Source of the DNA: Podarcis tiliguerta | Taxonomy: Eukaryota | Strand: one strand, 5' to 3' | Assembly: GCA_965153285.1 (NCBI GenBank) | Contig: OZ229111.1 | Length of the DNA stretch: 64,000 nt | In this document: positions 47,342 through 59,911 of the stretch, piece by piece | Layout of the letters: the number at the start of each line of letters is the position of its first letter | How positions within the stretch are numbered: position 1 is the first letter of the stretch | The notes under the pieces: generated by a model | What the model was told of the DNA's origin: nothing | What the model saw: the letters and a program-made list of their open reading frames with translations, nothing else | Database searches by the model: none | Translations under genes and position numbers: made by a program

Positions 47342-49232
47342 CTGTAAACAAGTGAGAACAATCACGTACACATGACAAAACACAACAGAGATGCTCTTTG
47401 GCCCAGTCCCCTAGTCTTCCTAAGATGTATGAGTCACAACTATGAAACATAACGTTTTAGCGTACGATGGAAATGAGATTAACTGGCACACAGGAATCAC
47501 TGCTCTAGCGTTCAGTGCATAACAAAAACAGCAACACAGACAAGCTGCTGGGTCTGTAGCACACCGCTTAGCAGGTCAATGAATGCATTCTGAAAGCCCC
47601 ATGTTACCAAAATAAAACTGCCTTTGGTAGATCCATTCTTACACTGCTGGTGTAAGAACATAAGAAGTGTGCTTCCACAAACTGTAATTAACAAGCAGTT
47701 ATGCTTAGTATGAGAATATGAGAACACAGAGCTTCTCAATATATCTCTATCCCATAAGGGTTTTGATTCCTATTGACATATATTGCCATTTTGATGAATG
47801 TTTGTTTGGGCACTGCATAGTGTATCAGTGCATTATGATCTTTGATGGGGGAAATCCTACTCATGATGGTACTGGTTGAAATGCACAGCTGCCTAAGGTA
47901 ATGATAACAATGGAAACTATCTCCCCTACTGGATGCATTAATGTGCACAATCTGATGCACATGGTCCCCTCTGCAAACTTTCTATGACCACACAAATAAT
48001 ATCTGACCACACACAAATAATATTAAACACAAGTGTTATTTCTAGTTGGTACAGATTTCACATGAACGGAAGCATGGCATGCAGGTCATAGACTGAGATT
48101 TAGCACAAAAGGAAGAAACAATATAGTTAGCAGCACAGGAGAAACCTTCACACTTTCTAGAGTTTCCCTCAAGTTATTAAGCTCAAAGAAATTCAAACTC
48201 CACTGTATGATTAAATGTTTTCACCACAAACACAGAACACAAATAATCTGACCATCCTATCATTCACAATGTTCATTTAGGTAAGCATTAATGTTTTATA
48301 CTGTCTCTTTTGCTCACATACATATCACAGATAGTCCTACTTCTGCATCACAAAATATAAAATACTGCTCTTTTAGGAGCACCAGTAAATGTATTATGGC
48401 ACAAAGCACATTGCTGATTTCCCCCTTTTAAAATATATTCCTCAATTTATCCTAGAAATACAGATGAAGCTGTTGAGTACCATCAATTTGGAAAAACACA
48501 TGAAAACAATACCTTTGCTGCTCATCTAACATGGTTGACAACAGTTGTTTCCTGAAAGGTTTTCTATTAATTATGTGACTTCAAGTCATCAACAGAGGGC
48601 AGTATTTGTCAAAAGCTCCTTTTAAAAGTTAAAGAAAATCGTGTAAAATGCACGTGACTTATTTGTAACTGTCAGATCTTTGGAAATTCTACCTGTTCAG
48701 CCAAGCTTGTCGGAATAGTATCTTGGTAGACAAAAAGTCATACATCCACTCTTTTTTGTTTGTTTGCTAATATGTCTATCTGCAGGTAGGGTATCATGGT
48801 GGTGGCTGTGTTTGTTGTTTCATTCAGGTGCTTATGGACAACTTCAAAATATGCAACTGACCTGCTGAAAGCCCATTAGTCTACTGCTTCTTTACACAAT
48901 GCATACATGTGCACATCCGAAGTGTGTATTTCAGATGACATGCTTACAGCAAACATGCAGCAAAAGAGCAGGAGTCCCACATTTGGAATGGTGTGCTCTG
49001 CCTTTGAAGTACAGTGGTACCTTGATACTCAAACGCCGAAAACCCACCATTTCCCTGCACCAGTGGGCAATCAGATTCCCTAAAAAGTCCAAAAGGAGGA
49101 CACGAGAACAAGAACCTTCCCTTGTTTGTCCCTCAAAACTTAATAACTGGAAGTATATGGCCTCTCTACTGAGGAACAGTGAGTCTACTCCTCCCTAACC
49201 ATAGATGTGCTAAAAAGGATACTAGCCTGACT

Positions 49233-49533
49233 GTGAGTTGTATCCAGTGGTGTCCTTCTATTCACAAAAGGTGATTTGATCCCTCAAAGACTTCCATGCA
49301 TAGAGTGGGGAGGGAGGTAATTCCCCTAAATGTCCCCTTTCCCTTGAGGCCCCCATATCATGTCCTGCACTGTTCAAGTGTGTACCCTAAGCCCCTAGAG
49401 CAGACTGGAAGGGAGCATTGGGAGTGGAAGAGGAAATAAGAAAAAAATCCCCTCCCTCCCTTACGTTCTTGGAAATTACCACTGGATCAAACAGCTTTCT
49501 ATAAATGTAAGGACAGCACTGGATACAATCCAC
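49233..49533. mobile_element. Old foldback/MITE with ~50-bp imperfect TIRs
   Basis: gttgtatccagtggtgtccttcta...atttgatcc pairs with ggatcaaac...taaggacagcactggatacaatc. Confidence 0.65.
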
Positions 49534-50664
49534 TGTGTTTTCATTTATTAAGAGAAGTCTTTGAGTGATGCAGCTGTGCAATCACAGTTCTTCTCAAAAG
49601 TCTTGCAGGAGAATAACACGAAACCTTTCACAAGAGCAAGATCTGTTGCGGGATTACCACTCAAAATTGAACTTCAGTGTCACTGTTTGTAAAACCACGT
49701 TGTACCGGGGATGCCTATGATGTTCATTGGTAATAATTTCCATCAGAACATATTATTCTCAACCTGAACTAATTTTTCAGAAGGGAAAACAAAGCATATG
49801 GAGAACTGGCAAGTCTCATCACAGGGATCTTGAGGAAAGAAATGCAGTATAAATTACAACAAAGACTGAATTTTTTAGAGCTGCCTATTTGCATCGTGGG
49901 ATGCTGGAGCCAATGGGATGGGCAATGCCCTTGTCATGTGACGCTGTGACAATCCACTATCTCAGTCTAAATTCCCACTACCCTGTCATGCAATGTAGGG
50001 AAAATGATGGTTTACTTTACAGCAGGAGTAGGGAACCTTTGGCTCCCCATATACTGTTGAACTACAACTTGCACGGCTTCCAGCAACATCTAGAGGGCCA
50101 CAGGATCCTCACACCCACTTTACAGAGTGATATAAGAATTACTGCCATAATATTATATATGAATTACTTTAACTACTATGACAAAGTGCCATATAAATAC
50201 TAACTTTGAGTGGGGTAGTATGTTGGTCTGTCACAATTAAAGAACCAATCTTGTGGTATCTCATAAAAGTATTGTGAATTACTATAAATTCTAAAGTTGT
50301 AATCCAATGCACACTTACCTGAGAGTAAGTACCATTCAATATAAGACTTATTTCTGAGTAAACATGCAGAAGACTGCACTGCTGATATTTCTAAATAATT
50401 TGCATGTAACCCAAATATGAACTGATTTGTTCATCTTTGCTGAAACCTTCTAGGAGCTTGTTTTAACATCAAAGTCCAATGTTTAAATGCTATTATTATT
50501 CAGTGCTGATTAAACAGCTGTGACTTGCTGTCCAAGCAGAGAAAAGGAGAAGTCTAAACTAAACAGCAACATTGACCTGACAGCTCCTACTATGAGTTCA
50601 CAGCAGGGGACCACCTTCAAAACGCACTAAGCACAACTAAATATAGGCTCCAAATGGTCTTTTA

Positions 50665-50864
50665 NNNNNNNNNNNNNNNNNNNNNNNNNNNNNNNNNNNN
50701 NNNNNNNNNNNNNNNNNNNNNNNNNNNNNNNNNNNNNNNNNNNNNNNNNNNNNNNNNNNNNNNNNNNNNNNNNNNNNNNNNNNNNNNNNNNNNNNNNNNN
50801 NNNNNNNNNNNNNNNNNNNNNNNNNNNNNNNNNNNNNNNNNNNNNNNNNNNNNNNNNNNNNNNN
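50665..50864. other. Assembly gap (200 N)
   Basis: Run of N; the round number suggests a placeholder size. Confidence 1.
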
Positions 50865-51993
50865 ATGTATTCAGGCAGCGAACACAGCTCCTTGAAGGGT
50901 AAACTGGCCCTAAGCCTGTTAACAGCTAGCATCCAGAAGTGGACATTGTGCTCTGCTTTTATCTATGAACAAGACCAACGTTTGCAGCTAATTTGTGTGT
51001 TTATAGCTATGTAATGAAAAGGTGGAAGCTTTCACAAATACAGCTTGTACCATATTACAGCCAATGATACACTGTGTAATGTTTACCCTGATGCTCTTCT
51101 CCAAAAAGACCGTGATCAGAGCTGTGTTTGGAAATAAAATCTTAAGCATATGAATCTGACCATGTATGATATATTTATATCAACAATTGAGAAGTGGCAG
51201 TATTGGAGGATGGACTGACAGAAGTGTGTAAGTGATTCTCATATCTACAATGCTTAAAATAATATTTAAATTGGCCTTAACAATGAAGATAAATCAGCTC
51301 ATTCATGGAGCAGAGCCCCGTAATGTGTCTACTAACCTCTCAAAAGGTGCTTTATGACATACTGCTGTACCAAGTTAAGAAGGCAGCATATTCCTACAAA
51401 TGTTTATCATTTCAAAATGAAAATACATGTGTACGTTTTTCAGAGACAAGCTGCGAGACATTTCAGCTGATTATATTTACTTTTTGTGTTAGTTATATTT
51501 GAGTTGTACTGTTCACTGTGAACAAAACAAGCTTTGCTATATTATCCAATAGTTTATCTATAAAAACAAAACAAAAATCAGAGCCATATGAATGGGAGGC
51601 TTATCTAGATATTCAAATTATAGCTGCATCTCACTTCAGTTAGATCTCAGCTCATGAATAAGAATATAGGAGGTTTAGCTGGAAATCAGACTATTGACTG
51701 AAATCAAAGCTGCTAAAGTTTGGGCAACTCTTTTCTCATTTCCAAGACAAGCTTTGAACCCTGAAGAGTGCAAGTTAGTCATCATTCAGTAAATCGAGGT
51801 TCCAGTACAACTCCTCACATCAGTGTGGAACCTGTCACTGCCAAATAGCTGCAGTGAAACACACTGATGAACTTGGTGCACTTCCTGGCTGAAGGGTGTC
51901 TAAGTCTGCCACTAGAAGCTGGTAACTCTGTTGGCAATCTGTACAGAAAGGCCAAGGACTGTATGGGTCATGGAGACCAATCTATCCTCTCAC

Positions 51994-52146
51994 CTCTAGA
52001 GGTGGTTCCTCCAGGACAGAGATGAGGCACATTGGTGGGGGCAGTGTGGGGAAGCCTGCACTGCTGCCGCCCGTGCTGTATCTGTTCTGTGGATAAATAG
52101 AGGGCTTCAGCCTCCAGTGTTGTCAATCCAGCACCTTTCATCAGCA
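51994..52146 (-). CDS. DOCK3: Candidate additional DOCK3 cassette exon (51 codons)
   Basis: Long U-rich tract + ttag acceptor, AG|gtgaga donor, 153 nt, phase 1-1, open in the DOCK3 frame. No homology recognised. Confidence 0.5.
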
Positions 52147-53095
52147 CTAAATTAAAAAGAATATAAATAAACATAAAAAGGATTGAAGCATATTGGCAGA
52201 GCTAGGCGTGTGAATTTTGCACTGCAGCTTGCTTTAGCGCCAATGCTTGTCAATCTCTCATTTCCATAGAATAAAACTTATTAAAGGGGGGGGGGGGAAA
52301 TGTACGCAAAGAAATAAATCCCATGTTATTTTCAATACCACCAGGCTTATTTTCTGCAAAACAATTTCATCCCCGTTGAAAGTTTCACAACAATTAAATT
52401 AATAATTCACATACTGTGAAGTATCAAGAAGATTTGGGGCTTTCTTTTTCTAGTGTGCGATTCATGGAATTCCAAACAACTTCCCCATTAATTTAAGAAA
52501 ATTAATTCAATTAGTTTAAGAAATTTGTCCAAGAATAAATGAAGTTTTCCAAAATGATCAGAAATGGTCAAAAACAGAAATCACATGTAGATATGACAGT
52601 GCTTGTTCAAATATATATTTGCTAACAGGAAATGATGTATTACTTATTAACTGGTTGTCCTTTAACATACATCACCTCATTTGTCTCTAAGCACTGGTAG
52701 AGATTCTAGATGCAGGAAATGCTGTTGAGAAGTCAAATGGCAGCTCAGAAAGCTGGATATCCACAGTATCACAGATACTATGAGTACTGTGCAATGATGC
52801 AAGGACCACCATACCATATTTTTCCTCCCCAAAGTGCATACGTCATAGAGATACAATTAGCAGACACAGTTGACCCTAAAGCAGTACAATCACATAACCA
52901 TTTTCCTGACAACGGTCACCACCTTTACCTTCTTTATTCAGCTTTGATCACAACTGCTTTCCCACCAACCCTGGTAATTATAAAAATATACAGTACTATG
53001 CTCTTCAGCTTAGTGCAACAGATACAATAATGAAAAAGACTTCACTGAACATATGAAGCTCCCCAGCTGTCTCTACGCCATCTTTTCTGCTGTAT

Positions 53096-53290
53096 ATAAA
53101 GCTGCAGTATGCTGAGTCATATCACCCGTCTATCTAGCCCAGTGTAGTCTATTCTGATTGACAGTAACTTTCCAGGGCCTCTGGCAGACAATATTTTCCA
53201 GCCCTACATCTTGAGAATAATTTTTAATTGGAGAAGTCATGGATTTAATTTTGCACCTTCAGCATGTAAAACATTTGTTCCACACGGAGC
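53096..53290 (-). mobile_element. Degenerate tRNA-derived squamate SINE; related pieces at ~23165-23310 and 23706-23776 (+)
   Basis: tRNA-like head (gcatgctgaaggtgc..aaatcc) and tail gggctagatagac..gactcagcatactgcagctt. Confidence 0.5.
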
Positions 53291-54181
53291 CCCCTTCTGC
53301 CCTCTCCCTACCAGAGATCTTTTAACTATTGATAAACCTGCAACCTTTTGCACAAAAAAGTATGTGTTCTGCTACTGAGATATTGTTACTTCCATTGTAT
53401 CACTACTGCCAAGGGTATTTGAGCTCTACAGAAATGGGTTCACCAAAAATAAGTGGATAGGGAAGTTCTGTTGTTCTGCAGCATACACAAACAGCAGTGC
53501 AAGTTTGTTTGAGAGTCTCTAAGGAATAATTTGGCACCCAGTTCTAGAGAGGCCACAGCTGGGGGTTGGGAGAGTCCCTGTGACTTGTGAAGAGAAGAAA
53601 CAACCAACTTTGCATACTGTCTTTTAGAGAAAGGAAATACTAGGGAGTGAAAGCTATTTCAGATATTTTCTCTCTCCCTTTCTTCATTTGTAACTCAGGC
53701 AAAGAAGGCAAATTTTGTACACCTTGTTCCAAGTAAGATTCTACACTCTATGTTCCTTCATCCTGATTTCTTTTCCTTTGAGACCTGCCTGGTATTTACC
53801 TTTGTTCTCATGTGGTTGCTGTTTTCAGTGCTGTTTCTCAGACTGTTTGCTTTAGAATTGAAACAACTCGTATAAGCAGCAGAATGGATTTAAGTGAATG
53901 GGCTCAATGCCTGGGGAGCCCATTGGAAACACACAGTTAAATTGTCTTAAAATAAATTTTATACCAGAGAGAAAGTATACCACCAAACTGTTCTGAAAAG
54001 ATGACACACTTAATTGGGACATTGTAGAAGACAGTCTTGAATAATTCATTGTTGCAATAATGAAGCTATCATTTATTTTAAGCAAGGAAGCAATTCAATG
54101 CACAATCTAGAATTTTAAAGGGCAAACAACATAGCAATTTGTAGAACCTTGCATGTTTCTATCTAAGTGGCTCATTCTTAC

Positions 54182-54263
54182 CCCGTGCGCTAGGAGGTGC
54201 AGAGTTAATCATCTGGGATGGTGCAGAATGGGTAGAGCTCAGGCTTGAGGTGGAAGGACTTGC
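54182..54263 (-). CDS. DOCK3: DOCK3 coding exon
   Basis: 82 nt. ASPSTSSLSSTHSAPSQMINSAPPSAR. Confidence 0.92.
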
Positions 54264-54683
54264 CTAGGAAAGAAAAAACAGATATTGGTGATTAGATTCT
54301 TAGGGCAGGATTCAACCAACATGTCCCACCCTGTGGAAGCCAGTGCAAGTGCTCTCACTAGTACAATGGGATTTTCACCCAGCTAACATTAAAAACTGTC
54401 TAAGCAAACTTAAATATAATTCAATAATAAAATACCTAGCATTTTAAAGTATTTCTGAGTGTGTCAAGTGTTTCATATAATATCATATAAGGAAATGAGT
54501 GTTGTTATTATTCTCATGTTGTAGATGTGGGAGGAAGGCTGAGAGAGGGTGACTTGCCTAAAGCCAGCAAGTGAGTTCATGACAGAGGTAAGATTTGATT
54601 TCCTCAGTCTGTAAGGCACTATATTATTCTAGCAATGTCTACAAGTACTGAGTAGATCTTAGTACTGACCGAGATATTAAATG

Positions 54684-54997
54684 CAGGGCCGTTTTACCCA
54701 TAGGAGCTAGGGGTGTGGGGCACCCAGCGCCGGGCTCTCAGGAGTGCCAGGCTGAGAGTCCGGGGCCTGAAAGTTGAGTCCGGGGAAGAGCCCACCCGTC
54801 GGTCTGAGCGCCCTGGGAGGGCTCTTCTGCTGTGGGCAGCTCTGTGCTGCAAGTTCAGAGGCGACTGAGCCAGCGAGACGCTGAGGTGGCTGGCTGGCTC
54901 TGCCCTCCTGCGCACCTGGGACTGGGCAACCGGGGGGGGGGGGGTTTGGGCGCCAGGCGGGCCTTTGCATCCCGGTGCCGCAAATGCATCCTAAAAT
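54684..54997. mobile_element. GC-rich hAT-like insertion, right end degenerate
   Basis: Starts cagggccgtttta; CpG-rich island in AT-rich intron; no TSD resolved. Confidence 0.5.
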
Positions 54998-55038
54998 TAT
55001 CTTTAACACTGCATATTCCTGATGAGTTACAGTCATAC

Positions 55039-55174
55039 CTGCATGTGGTACATATCCTCTGCTGTTTCTCCGACAGAACTGTCTGTTAGAATAACCAGAT
55101 TCCCTGTTTCACTTGATGTATGGGAAGAAAGAGAAGATGACGAGTGTCGGACTGTGCCCAGCATATTCAATGGG
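55039..55174 (-). CDS. DOCK3: DOCK3 coding exon
   Basis: 136 nt. SPLNMLGTVRHSSSSLSSHTSSETGNLVILTDSSVGETAEDMYHMQ. Confidence 0.92.
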
Positions 55175-56350
55175 CTACGGAGAACAGAGAACAGTGAGAT
55201 AAAATAATATTTTGTTTTAATCAGAAATATTTATTTAAAAAATGCAGAGTAATTGCATCTTGCTCACTGGAAGCTACTGTTTCGGTAGCTCAAAACATAT
55301 TGAAGTAACGTGCACAGACAAGCCTTTCTGTGTCTGTACATTTTCAGTTAGATAAGGCCCATCACTATATTAAACAAGGACTTTCACATTTTGCCCAGCT
55401 GCAGAGCAAGTTAGCCATTTGTCAAGAAATGTTAGAACATATCAGAAAAACCACTTATTTTTTTAGTGCCAGAAGTCAGATTGTAAATTCACGTTGACCT
55501 AAGTGGCTGTTCCTGTGTCTCTTCTATCTATTCAAATATTTATTTCTGTAAAATATTTATATCCTGCTTTTCTACCATTTGTTCAAAATAGCTTTCAACA
55601 GCAGAGAAGAAAAACGACAATCACCTAAAATGAATAAAGAAGACAATAAACGTATACAGACTCAGTAAGCACTAATGTATAATTTAATGTCCAATTGCCA
55701 TACTTTTTCATAGTTGCATCAATCTAAGATGCACATGGAACTAGTGAGCTCTCTGGCCCACACAAATTCTGCTCTTTTGGATTTGCAAATATTTGGGGAA
55801 ATCAACTGCATTTTGAGGGATAGTCAAGTGTTCAACAACCACTATTTCACGACCCATGAAATTATTTATATGGTATGTTTTTCAATGCATAGTTTTAAAA
55901 ATACATTTGATACAAAATGATGCCATAACAGTAGCTTACAATGAATTCCATGGCTAGAGCCACATTTCCAGGACCCTGCTTTGAGCAGGATGAAGAGGCA
56001 ACTGATAAAACTGTAAAACAAGTCTGCTACCAAATTTTGATGGTTTTAAAAATACTTTTTCAGATAACACTACCGCCATTAGCAGTTTCTGTATCAGCTA
56101 ATACTGGCTATTGCAACCTTTTATTAAATGAAAAATTGGTTGCAAAGAAACAGGAGAAAGGTTAGCAAATTGTAACAGCTGAAGCAACAAAGAATGGAGG
56201 CTTTTATAACCATCCTCATAAAATCATTTCCACCACAATACTTAAGGTTTAGAAATTAAAATTGCTTGAAGAACGAAAAACATTTCCACCACACAATTTC
56301 AACTGTGTGGATTTTAGCTTGTTTTCATACTTCCATGTTTCTCTTAGGTA

Positions 56351-56716
56351 AAAAGGTAAAGGTAAAGGTACCCCTGCCCGTATGGGCCAGTCTTGACAGA
56401 CTCTAGGGTTGTGCGCCCATCTCACTCAAAGAGGCCGGGGGCCAGCGCTGTCCGAAGACACTTCCGGGTCACGTGGCCAGCGTGACATCGCTGCTCTGGC
56501 GAGCCAGAGCCGCACACGGAAACGCCGTTTACCTTCCCGCTAGTAAGCGGTCCCTATTTATCTACTTGCACCCAGGAGTGCTTTTGAACTGCTAGGTTGG
56601 CAGGCGCTGGGACCGAGCGACGGGAGCGCACCCCGCCGCGGGGATTCGAACCGCCGACCTTTCGATCAGCAAGCCCTAGGCACTGAGGCTTTAACCCACA
56701 GCGCCACCCGCGTCCC
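56351..56716 (-). mobile_element. Full-length Sauria SINE (young, CpG-rich)
   Basis: Homologous to 6491-6847 in reverse, B-box ggttcgaatccc, perfect 14-bp TSD gtttctcttaggta (56337-56350 / 56717-56730). Confidence 0.92.
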
Positions 56717-56973
56717 GTTTCTCTTAGGTAGGCATCCCCTAAATTTTGAAGTTGTTTCAAGTCTTTTACATATTAGCTGCTAAAGCATATTAAAGACCAA
56801 CACAGAATGATCACCCTTTTACAAATGATTCGTTGCCTGGATAAGTTAATATAAAAGTGGGTTTTATTTATTCCTATAACTTTGAGTAGACCTAAAGCAC
56901 CTCCCAGAATCTATACACAGTAGCTACATGAGCTACTTTGCTTTAGACATCAGTTGAAAAGACTGGTATAGAA

Positions 56974-57096
56974 TAAGGTTATCAGACATCCCCATTTCCC
57001 GGGGACAATCCCCGCATATACAAATCAGTCCCCATACAAAATCCATTGAAGTTGAAAAGCGTCTCCGGATTCATTGAAAAAAATCTGGTAACCTTA
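56974..57096. mobile_element. hAT-type MITE
   Basis: TIR taaggttatcaga / tctggtaacctta, perfect 8-bp TSD gtatagaa. Confidence 0.85.
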
Positions 57097-57129
57097 GTAT
57101 AGAAAGACCTTTCTTAGGTAGATAAATAC

Positions 57130-57251
57130 CTGTGGCGATGCACCAACTTGATACTCTCTGGACTCATTGGACTATGTGATACAAGCATATTGCTGCGTGG
57201 TGTGCTCGTTCCTGAGCAGGCTGGACTCAGTTTATCCAAAGCAGGCAACTC
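57130..57251 (-). CDS. DOCK3: DOCK3 coding exon
   Basis: 122 nt. ELPALDKLSPACSGTSTPRSNMLVSHSPMSPESIKLVHRH. Confidence 0.92.
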
Positions 57252-57456
57252 CTGTAAAGTACATTCGGATGGTCATATGTTGCCTTGATAATAAGCTAAT
57301 AGGATTGTGCCTTATGGTCCCCCACACAGCCCTTTCATAAACCATAGCTAGTGCTGTCTACATGAGCTAGATAACATTACCTGTTACCCTTCTTGTTGTC
57401 TGTCCCTGTACAACTAGCATCTGCTTTCAATATCACAGAATCCTGGCTTGGTATTA

Positions 57457-57782
57457 CCGTATTTTCCCGTGTATCAGACAAGGTTTTTTTGACTCAAAAA
57501 CTGCCTCAAAAAACTGGGGTCATCCAATACACACCGATAGTGGCATGGTGGGGTGGGGAGAAGTGGCATGCCTGCTAGCCAGCTGGTTGGCGGGAGCACA
57601 ACTTCCCCCAATGCAGCAGCGAGTGGGAAATGATCTAGCAAGTGTTTCCCACACGCAGCTGCGTGGGGGAGAAGCTCAACAACTTTGGGCCATCTCCCCT
57701 CATTTTCTTAAAATTGAGTCTCCCAAAATATGGGGGGGGGGATCCTTATACATGGTGGCGTCTTATAGAAGGAAAAATACGG
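57457..57782. mobile_element. Tc1/mariner-type non-autonomous element
   Basis: Imperfect TIR ccgtattttcccgtgtatcagac / gtcttatagaaggaaaaatacgg, TA flanks. Confidence 0.8.
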
Positions 57783-58933
57783 TATGTATGAACCAGAGAC
57801 TGTGGTTTAAAACAAGCTCTGATTAGTTACAAAGCAGCTTCATAATCCATAGTATGAAGTACGCTTGCTTAGAAGCTGGCCAGAAATTTGTTTTAAACCA
57901 CAGTTCTGTGAAAGCTGACATTCTGTAAAATTCTGAGGCTTCACTCAGGTTCCTTCCTGCTCAAACACATAGTACTACTAAGCAACAATTTAGCATAATG
58001 TGCAAGTGTAGCCCATGGCTTAATATCCTGGTTGGTTCCACTCTGGACAAAATGGGAAATGATAGCTAACTGAAGATTTTTCTGATCTGTTGCTGGCTTG
58101 TGCAAAGGGAGGAGGAAAGGAGCTGTATGCCATTAGCCTCACTCATACCTTAGCAAATGCAATCTATAAGACTTTTTCTATGTATCGTTATTGCTAATAC
58201 TTTTGTCATCATCAATAATGAACCATCAATATACAGACAATAACATGCAAAAGATTTAGTTGGTAATGGTTCCCAAATCAGAAAGATGCGAAGTACACAT
58301 GTCTAGCTTTGATGTAGGCTTTTATACAAAATGGATTTCTAACACTACATTATTTACTTCTCCTCTCACTGTGTACTCTGCCCTTAAGTAATGCTTAAAA
58401 GCACACATTTATTTATATCCTATTTTAAGCAAGCAACTGAAGGCAGAACTATACATTATGTACTCTGCTGTTATTCTTTTAAGGGAGTAAAAAACCCCAA
58501 AATACAGTTGCTGTGATTGCAATTTGAAGATGAAAAACTAGTACAGGGGAAGAGGGGCTTTTATCCTTTCCCCTTGTGGCAATTTCCAATTTAAAATAAC
58601 CTTTTTCAAGCAAATTTTCCTTGAGGCTTTATGTTCAAATTGCATCCTCAGATTAAAAGATCCCTAATCATAACATTTCAAGCAATGTGTAGTTTTTTTG
58701 TACCCATTTTAAAAGATCATATGTGATTCAAATGATATGAGCAATCACTAGACAAATGAAAAATCCAGATGTTCATTTCCTCATATTTTTCTGGATATCT
58801 AATTTATCTTTGCTGAAGAATTCATTTTGTACTCATTCAGCATTTTCCAGTTCACATGTCTATGCCATAATGGAAGAATTCAAAATACTGCTGTGAACTG
58901 TAAAAAAAGAAAGAAAAGTGTTGATCTACTTAC

Positions 58934-59050
58934 ATGGTACAAACTGGATCGCATCATCTGGAACTGGTCAATTAGTTTCTTATGTAGAGGGCGCATCTCT
59001 GGATGTACAAACTTCTCATGTACTGCAAGACCCACTCCTAATATATGTAC
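58934..59050 (-). CDS. DOCK3: DOCK3 coding exon (end of DHR-2 GEF domain)
   Basis: 117 nt. VHILGVGLAVHEKFVHPEMRPLHKKLIDQFQMMRSSLYH. Confidence 0.95.
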
Positions 59051-59336
59051 CTGTTAAAAATAAAATCAAAGCCTATACATGCAGCCTAAGAAAGACTGCA
59101 AAATAATGTTCTATATACCACTCATTCACTGAAGGGTAACTGTCTCTAAATACTTGTAGCTTAGTTTAGCTAAATCATTCATGCTCACTAAATCTATTTT
59201 CAGATTACAGCAGGAAACATTAGAGAGCATGTAGCTGATTGCCTAACAACCACTCATATGATTCCTGGCCACCTCTTCCTGCAAATGTCGTAATAGCAAG
59301 AATGTGAATTTGAAGTGATGGCAGTTGTGGCTAGAC

Positions 59337-59529
59337 TAGAGTTGCCATACATCCATAATTCCCTTGACATAGCTGGGATTCAGCTGTCAGAAACAGTGTT
59401 GGAAGGGTAGATTTTGGCAAATTCCCTTTAAAATAGCTCAAATTTTGTTGTTGTTGAGATCATGCAAAAAATCAAGATCTCAACAACTGTTGTGTCCAGA
59501 TTTTCACTTTTTGAAATATGGCAACCCTA
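59337..59529. mobile_element. hAT-type MITE
   Basis: TIR tagagttgccata / tatggcaacccta, 8-bp TSD ggctagac/agctagac (one mismatch). Confidence 0.8.
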
Positions 59530-59863
59530 AGCTAGACCAAGAGAACTGGCAGGTATCAATGACGTTTTTCAAAATCAATCATCAATACTTACAATTTTGT
59601 TTTACATTTTTCTAAGTTGGATCCCCCCCTTTTCCTTTAATTATCCTTTTATTATCCTTCGTGATCCACCATGGGAACCTTTTTTTTTTTAGCCAAAAGG
59701 CAGTATAGAATTAATCATAACATTTCACATAACACCATCTAGCACTATGGACTCTTTTCTCAAACAGGGTAAGGTGTCCAAGCTTTGCCAGACCAATTTT
59801 GTAGACCACAAGGATCCAGGCACTTTCAGTGCTGTGTGATTTTCACATATACTGTAACTAGTG

Positions 59864-59864
<1 letters not shown>

Positions 59865-59910
<46 letters not shown>

Positions 59911-59911
59911 A
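59865..59911. repeat. (GAAA)n microsatellite
   Basis: Direct reading. Confidence 0.95.

Noticed and set aside
48692-48864. AG/GT-flanked segment on - as another DOCK3 exon
   Set aside because: Stops in all three frames.
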